A stretch of 63,817 bases of DNA, the filler included, from Fonticula-like sp. SCN 57-25 (lineage: Eukaryota), in NCBI GenBank assembly GCA_001724245.1. It is 6 parts of 6 records of this genome, joined end to end, with 100 filler letters (N's around TTAATTAATTAA, not from the genome) between each part and the next. Parts side by side here need not be neighbours in the genome. Positions count along the whole stretch, not along the records: positions 53,521 to 63,817 come from MEDX01000233.1; 5 more parts are not named here. One strand, written 5' to 3'. A program made the position numbers and the translations under genes. Shown here piece by piece: positions 57,401-63,817 of this stretch; the first letter of the stretch is position 1; every line of letters begins with the position of its first letter. The notes under the pieces were generated by a model. It searched no databases and was not told the DNA's origin. It saw nothing but the letters and a program-made list of their open reading frames with translations.

Positions 57401-60400
57401 TGCAGCCCGGTCGCGACGCCGGCAATCTCGGCAATGTAGAGCGACATCGGGAGCGACGTAGCCTGCAAAAAGTCGCGGGCGAACGGCGAGGCCGCCTCGT
57501 TGGCGCCCTGGAGCACGTCGAGGAGCAGCGCGAGGAGGCGCGCCTGGCCGCCCTCGCTGAGCAAGTCGGCGATGCTCGTCGGCAGAGAGCGAAGCACGGC
57601 CGGCAGGACGACGGCGGTGCCCTTGGCAGACTCGAGCACGGCGATGAGCTCGGCTTCGTCCTCGGTCGAGAGGCGGCGGGCGCCGCGGCCGCCAGTGATC
57701 TTAAAAACGCCCTCAATGAGGTCGCTCGTGTGCGGCGCCATCGCGCCAGTCGACGCCGCCTGGCGGACGAGGCGCGTCAGGAGCGGCAGGATAAGCGACG
57801 TGCGGCGGGTGCTGGACGAGCCGCTCAGCGCCGCAAGAAGGCGAAGCTGGCTGTGCGGCTTGTCAATGTGCGCCGCGGCGTGCGCCACAAGGCGGACAAA
57901 CGCCTCGCGCTCCTCGGTGGCATCGCGGCCCTTGGCGTCCGACGCGGCAGTGCTGAAAAAGATGCGGCCAAAGGTGCAGTCGGACAAGAACTCTTCGCCG
58001 CGCGAGCAGACGAGCGTCACAAAGGAACGCGCGTGCGCAGGCGAGACGGAAACCTCGCTGGGGGCGCCGTAGAGCGCGCCAAACGAAATTTCGTCCAATG
58101 AGGAGGCTCCGTTGCGCTTCTTTGGCGTCGCGTCGACGGCATCGGCGCCGGCGGCAAACAGCGGAAGCGCGCTCTCAAAGCAGGCGAGCGCGGCCGCGCG
58201 GACAATCTTGGACTGGCTGCCGAGCGACGCAAAGAGCATCGGGAGGATGGCCAGCGGGTTGCGGGCGATCTTGTTGATGGCGGCAGCGCGCAGCCACGCG
58301 GCAAGCATGTGCAGCGCAGCGGCCTGCACGACCACCGAGTTGTCATCCGAAGAGGCAATGTGCAGCAGGAACGCGACCTCGTTGCGCGCGAGATGCGCGG
58401 TGAACAGGTCGGTCAGCAGCACCTTGCTGGCGGGGCCCGCGCCGCCGCTGCACGCGCACGCGACAAACAGCGAGTTGAGGAGGTCGCGATACTGCGCCTC
58501 CGAGGCCGACGCGACGACAGAGTCGGAGCAGACAATCTTGGAGAACAGCTCGGGCTCGGTCGCCGAGATGATGGTCGCGAGGACGTGGAGCTGAGCGTGG
58601 CTCGTGGGGATGACACGGCGTTCAGCGTCGCTCAGCAGGTCGGCGATCGTCTTGAACTGCGCGTCGCGAACGGTCACGAGGCTCTCGAGCGGCACGGTGG
58701 CCTCGATCGAGCCGAGGAGCGCGGCGCTGCGGTCCAGGCGCTCGGTCGCGTCGGCCACGGCGGTGAGCGAGTTGGCGAGCACAATGAGCAGCGACGAGCG
58801 CACGGCGCCGCTGGACTGCGGCAGCGACTCGACAAGCTCGTCAAAGAGCGCGCGGTTGCCCGAAATGTTGCGGCCGACAACCTCGACGATGGCGGTGAGG
58901 CGCGTCGAATAGTCGGCGTCAGCGTGCGCAGCGCACGCCTTGGCAACGCCGCGGAGCAGGCCGCTCTTGGCGAGCGGGGATCCATCGGCGATGGCCTCGG
59001 CGGCGCGCGAGGCGACCTTGCTGTGCGCGCTGCACACCATGGAAAGGACGACGGGGGCGACGGTCGAGACAGCGTCGGGGTGAGCAGTGAGGTAGGCGCC
59101 CGCGAGGACGGTGAGCGCGCGCGAGGCAATAGAGCGCGCGGCCTTGTCCATGTTGGTCACCGAAGCACGGAGGACGAGCACGCGGAGCAGCTCGGCGGCG
59201 TCGGTGGCCGCAGTGAGATTCGCGTTCTCCTCAAGTAGAGCGAGCGCCGCCTTGGCGACGGTCGCGTCCTCGTCCGAGACGCGCGCGAGCACGACCGACG
59301 CAAGGAAATCAAGGTCGGCGTCGGCGTCCTCGAGCGCGTCCGCCACGGCGGCGACGGCCATGGCGCGGACGCTCGCCTGCGCGTGCTGCGAGCTCAGGAA
59401 GAGCGTCGTCTTGGCGCCAACAACAGGCTGGTGCTGCGTGCCCTTGAAGGTCTGCGAGATGAGGTCGAGAAGGCGCTGGCCGGCAGCGGCCTTTTCGTCG
59501 TTGCCCGACGGCAGAGACTTGAGGGCAGCGTCAATCGTCGCGTCCACCTGCGCGCTGTGGCGCAAGTTGCACGCCGTGAGAAGAGCGCGAGCGGCGTCGG
59601 ACGACACCCACTCGGCCGAAAAGTGGTCCGAAAGGACGTCCTTGACGAGCACGGCAAGGAGCGCGGCGACGCTCGACGAGCTGAGCGGCAGCTGGCGGAC
59701 GCACTGGATCACCACGGTGAGGCTGTCAGCGGCCTCGGCGCTCGCGTGCAGACGCGCGGGGAGGAGAAGGGCGAGCAGCGGCGAAATGTCCGTCTGCTGG
59801 CCGACCGAGGCGAGGTCGTCCACAAGGGAGGCCCAGCTCACGAGCTCAGTGATGATCGCTTCGGGGAGCGCCGTCGGCATCTGCGTCTGGCAAAAGACGA
59901 CGTAAAAGAGGAGCGCCTCGTGGTGGTTGGTGGGCGCCGCGGCGGCCGACGCCGTGAGGAGCGCCTCGCCGACCGACTGGCTGAGACGAGCGCGAACGCA
60001 GAGCTGGGCGGCGATCATGTAAGACGCAAGCTGGTACTGCGGGCGAGCCTTGGCGCGCAGCCCGTTGGCGAGCGTCGGCAGAATCTCGTTCAGCAGGCCC
60101 TCGCCGACGTGGTTAAGGCCGCGCAGGAGCGTAGTGAGGGTGGCCGTGTAAAAGGCGAGCATTGTCTGCGACGTCACGCCGGCCTCGACCGACGACTTTA
60201 CGGTCGTGAGGATGAAGCGGAGCACCGACGAATCCTCGAGGCAGCGGTGGACGAGCGTCTGGCGCGCGAGAGGGGCGGCGTTCTTCTTGGTCTGGGCGAG
60301 GAAGGCCCAGCGAGGGTGGTTCTGCGTCGACAGGAGCTGGACCATGCGCGCAAAGAGGTTGGTCTCGTGGTACGGAAGGACGCAGCGGAGAATGTCCTCC

Positions 60401-60827
60401 ACGTTCATGTCCGTGACGCGGAAGCGGCGGATAAGCCACTCGAGCGCCTTGTGGGCGGGCTTGACCAAAAAGTAGGGCGACAGCTGCTGCAGGAACGAGG
60501 CGATCGTCTTGTCCAGCTGGGCATTCTCCTCCTTGGTCTGAAGCGTACGCTCCATGGTCTTCATGTTGGGGTTGAAAAGCGTCTTTTCATACGACCCAAA
60601 CTTGGCATTGAGCGCCGTCAACTCGGCGAGGCCGTTGACACCCAGCGCAAACACGGTGTCAATGTCCATGTCGGACGCCTACCACAGAGGGATTAGTCCC
60701 ACGCGACAAAGCAAGACATCGGGCGTACCTGCTTGGCGTCAAACAAAAACGACTGTACACGCGTATCCGTCGCTGCCGTCTTCACAGACGCCAGCTTTTG
60801 AAGCTGCGACGCCAGTGAAGTCGCCAT
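54442..60827 (-). CDS. UTP10: U3 snoRNA-associated protein 10 / HEATR1, 2 exons
   Basis: Exon 1 MATSLASQLQKLA..SFLFDAKQ; LSPYFLVKPAHKALEWLIRRF, MGANVLRQDDNYSFHVI, LLPETIPFLAEVLED..LGEPL. Confidence 0.97.
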
Positions 60828-61049
60828 GGCTGCTTGGTTGATGCTGATGATGCAACGCCACGCGACACCGACTCGTTCGTTCTACCTTGCAAACTGCAAC
60901 GGTTTGCACTCTTGTTCTTCTGATCTTACTGATTCCTTCTGATTTCCCTGATGCAAAAATCGCATGCGTATCGCATGTGCGCTTCGTGTGCGTCACTTGT
61001 TGCGTTTGCCTTTCCCTCGTTTCGGTTACCCATTGAACGCGGGCTTATC

Positions 61050-63817
61050 ATGGCGGACGCGGACAAGGCCAAGGGCGGCGCTCCCAACGGCGCTGCCAAC
61101 AAGAACAACAAGAAGGACAATAAGAAGGCTGACGAGCTCGTACGCGAACCGCTTTCGCGAGTTAAACTTTTGCTCACCCGCCGTGCTAGACGGAGGAGGA
61201 CGCCAAGCTCAAGGAGGAGCTCGACCTCATCGCCGACATTATCAAGGTAAACGAATCATTCCTGGCGTGAAATCTTTGCTCTGTTGCTCTTTTCTGCCTG
61301 TCGCTCGTCTTTCTCACCCATTGCCTGTTTTCACTAGGGCGATGACGCAAACCTTTACCCGAACGCCCTCAACACGATGCGGACGCAGATCCGCACGGCG
61401 ACATCGTCAATGACCTCGGTCCCGAAGCCGCTAAAGTTCCTCCGCCTGCGCTTTGCCGAGCTTGTGGAGGTGTACGACCGTTGGGTCGACGGCCCTATGA
61501 AGGTGCGCCATTCGCCTGCTCTCTTTTTTGCGCGTCATGCTCATGTGCCCTGGACACCCTTTGCAGAAGGATCTTGCTGACATTCTGTCGGTACTCGCGA
61601 TGACCGCGGCCCCTGGGTCGCGCGACACGCTCAAGTACCGCCTGGCGAGCTCCCTTGAGGATGTCGGTGGCTGGGGCCACGAATACGTTCGGTGCGTAAT
61701 CAGTTAACTATTGCCTTTTTTGCTGATTCATGATGTCTCTGCAGCTACCTGACGTCCGACATCATCAAGGAGTTTGCCGTTCGCTCTGAGCGCGGCGACT
61801 CTTCCGTTGAAGCCAATAGCGACCTTCACCTTCTCGCTGCCCAGATCGTTCCTTTCTGCATCTCGCACAATGCCGAGGCCGATGCCGCCGATCTCCTGAT
61901 GGAGCTGGAGACGATCGACCGCATCGTGCAGCACGTTGATGAGAAGAACTATGAGCGCATCTGCATGTACCTCCTCAGCTGTGTCAACTATGTCCCCGAG
62001 CCCGAGGACCAGCAGGTGCTCCGCACCGTGCTTGAAATCTACCGCAAGCTCAGCAAATGGCCCGAGACGCTCCTCATCTCCCTGCGCCTCTACGACATGG
62101 ACGGCGTGGCACAGACCATCAACTCGTGCACTGACCCGTGCGTTTTTTTGTTTAATTTTTAATGGTTTCTGATACTTACGCTGCTTTTTTGCCACAGTGC
62201 CGAGCGCCAGCAGCTTGCCTTTATCATTGCGCAGCACCGCCTCCCCGTCCCCGTCCCCGACGACATGGAAGCCGTCGCGAGCAACCAGAGCCTCAGCGAC
62301 CACTTTATGAATCTCGCGCGCGAGCTTGAGGTCCTCGAGCCCAAGACGCCCGAGGACATTTACAAGATGCACCTCGAGCCGCGCGCCGTCTCGATCGAGT
62401 CGTGGCGGTCCAACCTCGCCTCTTCCTTTGTGAACGGCTTTTTGAACGCCGGCTTCAAGTCGGACAAGCTGATGCTCGCCGAGGGCACAAAGTGGCTCAC
62501 AAAGAACAAGGACTTTGGCCAGCTCGCCGCGACGGCGTCCGTCGGCCTTCTCTACCTGTGGGACGTGGACGGCGGCGTCGGCACCATCATGGACAAGTTT
62601 ATGGACTTGCCGCATGACCACGCAAAGGCGGGCGCGCTGCTCGCTATCGGTATTGCGTGCACGGGTGTGCGCAACGAGGCGGACCCGGCGCTCGCGCTGC
62701 TTACAGAGTATGTGGACGCGCGCAATACGGTGCTGCGGACCGCCGCCATCCTCGGACTCGGATTGGCGTACTCGGGGACGCGCAACACGACCGTCGCGGA
62801 CCTTCTCGTTCCTCTTCTCGTCGACACGACCCTCGCCATCGAGGTGCGTTTATTGGATTTTTGGTGTCTTTTTGTTGGGTTTATGACACTTTTTGTACCT
62901 TTTGGCATGTTTTTGTGCCTTTCTGTGCATTTTCTGTGCATTTTTCCTTCTTCAATTTTTTACTTACCCTTCGTCTCAGATTTCGGCAGTTGCTGGACTT
63001 GCTCTTGGCCTTGTCTTTGTTTCTTCCTGCGACAGCGAGCTCGCCGAGCGCTTCCTTCAGACGATGCTTGAGCGCGAGCCCGGCACCTTTAGCGATCCCA
63101 TGACGCGCTTCCTCGGCCTCGGCCTTGCCCTCCTCTACCTTGGCCGCCAGGAAGCCGCCGAAGCGACGATGGAAGCCGTCAAGGCCGTCTCTGCCCCCTT
63201 CGACAAGCAGGTGACCGTCCTTCTCGAGATGTGCGCTTATGCCGGCACCGGCAACGTCCTCATCATCCAGCGCATGCTCCAGTACTGCACTGACCACCTT
63301 GAGAATGAGAACGAGAGCGTTTTCCAGGGCTTTGCCACGATTGGAATTGCGCTGATCGCGATGGGCGAAGAGATTGGCAACGAAATGTCGCGCCGCACGT
63401 TCAACCACCTCATGCAGTACGGCGAGCCGGTCATTCGCCGCGCGGTGCCGCTCGCCGCCGCGCTCCTGTGCGTGTCAAACCCGCTCGACGTCAGCTTGCT
63501 CGACACGCTCTCAAAGTGCACCCACGACAATGATACCGAGACGGCTCAGAGCGCCATCTTTGCGTTGGGTATTGTCGGCGCGGGTACCAATAACGCGCGC
63601 ATCGCGCAGCTGCTGCGTCACCTGTCGTCGTACTATCAAAAGGACCCGACTGTTATGGTTGTTGTGAGGCTGGCGCAGGGGTTGCTGCATATGGGCAAGG
63701 GAACGATGACGCTCAATCCGTATCATTCGAATAGGCAGCTGCTGTGCTCGCCGGCTATTGGTGGGCTGTTGACGTCAATCCTCGCATTTACAAACGTCAA
63801 GTCGAGTACGTTTGAAA
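61050..63817 (+). CDS. RPN1: 26S proteasome regulatory subunit RPN1/PSMD2, multi-exon, 3' partial
   Basis: IRTATSSMTSVPKPLKFLR, WGHEYVR, HNAEADAADLLMELE, EPKTPEDIYKMHLE, NLASSFVNGFLNAGF, GAGTNNARIA, AQGLLHMGKGT. Confidence 0.97.

Overview
Eukaryotic nuclear DNA: GC-rich and gene-dense, with short spliceosomal introns. The window is not one locus. It is six contigs of about 10.3-10.6 kb joined by artificial 100-nt linkers (N44-TTAATTAATTAA-N44), so gene neighbourhoods are meaningful only within a contig. Gene content (nuclear ATP1, TPR/Mlp1, UTP10, RPN1, DIM1, Wee1, a MOB3-type MOB, an EHBP1-like protein, an F-BAR-C1-RhoGAP, a PRAS40-like protein) points to a unicellular opisthokont, holozoan or nucleariid-like; this is an inference. 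Highlights: (1) a head-to-head, intronless pair of secreted bacterial-type enzymes, a heparinase II/III-like putative lyase and a GH105 unsaturated glycuronyl hydrolase, 149 bp apart; (2) a very large receptor pseudokinase with a DNRLRE/CBM96-like tip and about 21 four-Cys repeats; (3) an ARM-repeat protein with a catalytically dead Nal1-type protease domain, bracketed by direct repeats; (4) a PRAS40/Lobe-like protein lacking the Akt site; (5) an SqdX/SQD2-like glycosyltransferase. All family assignments come from motif recognition by eye; no searches were run.
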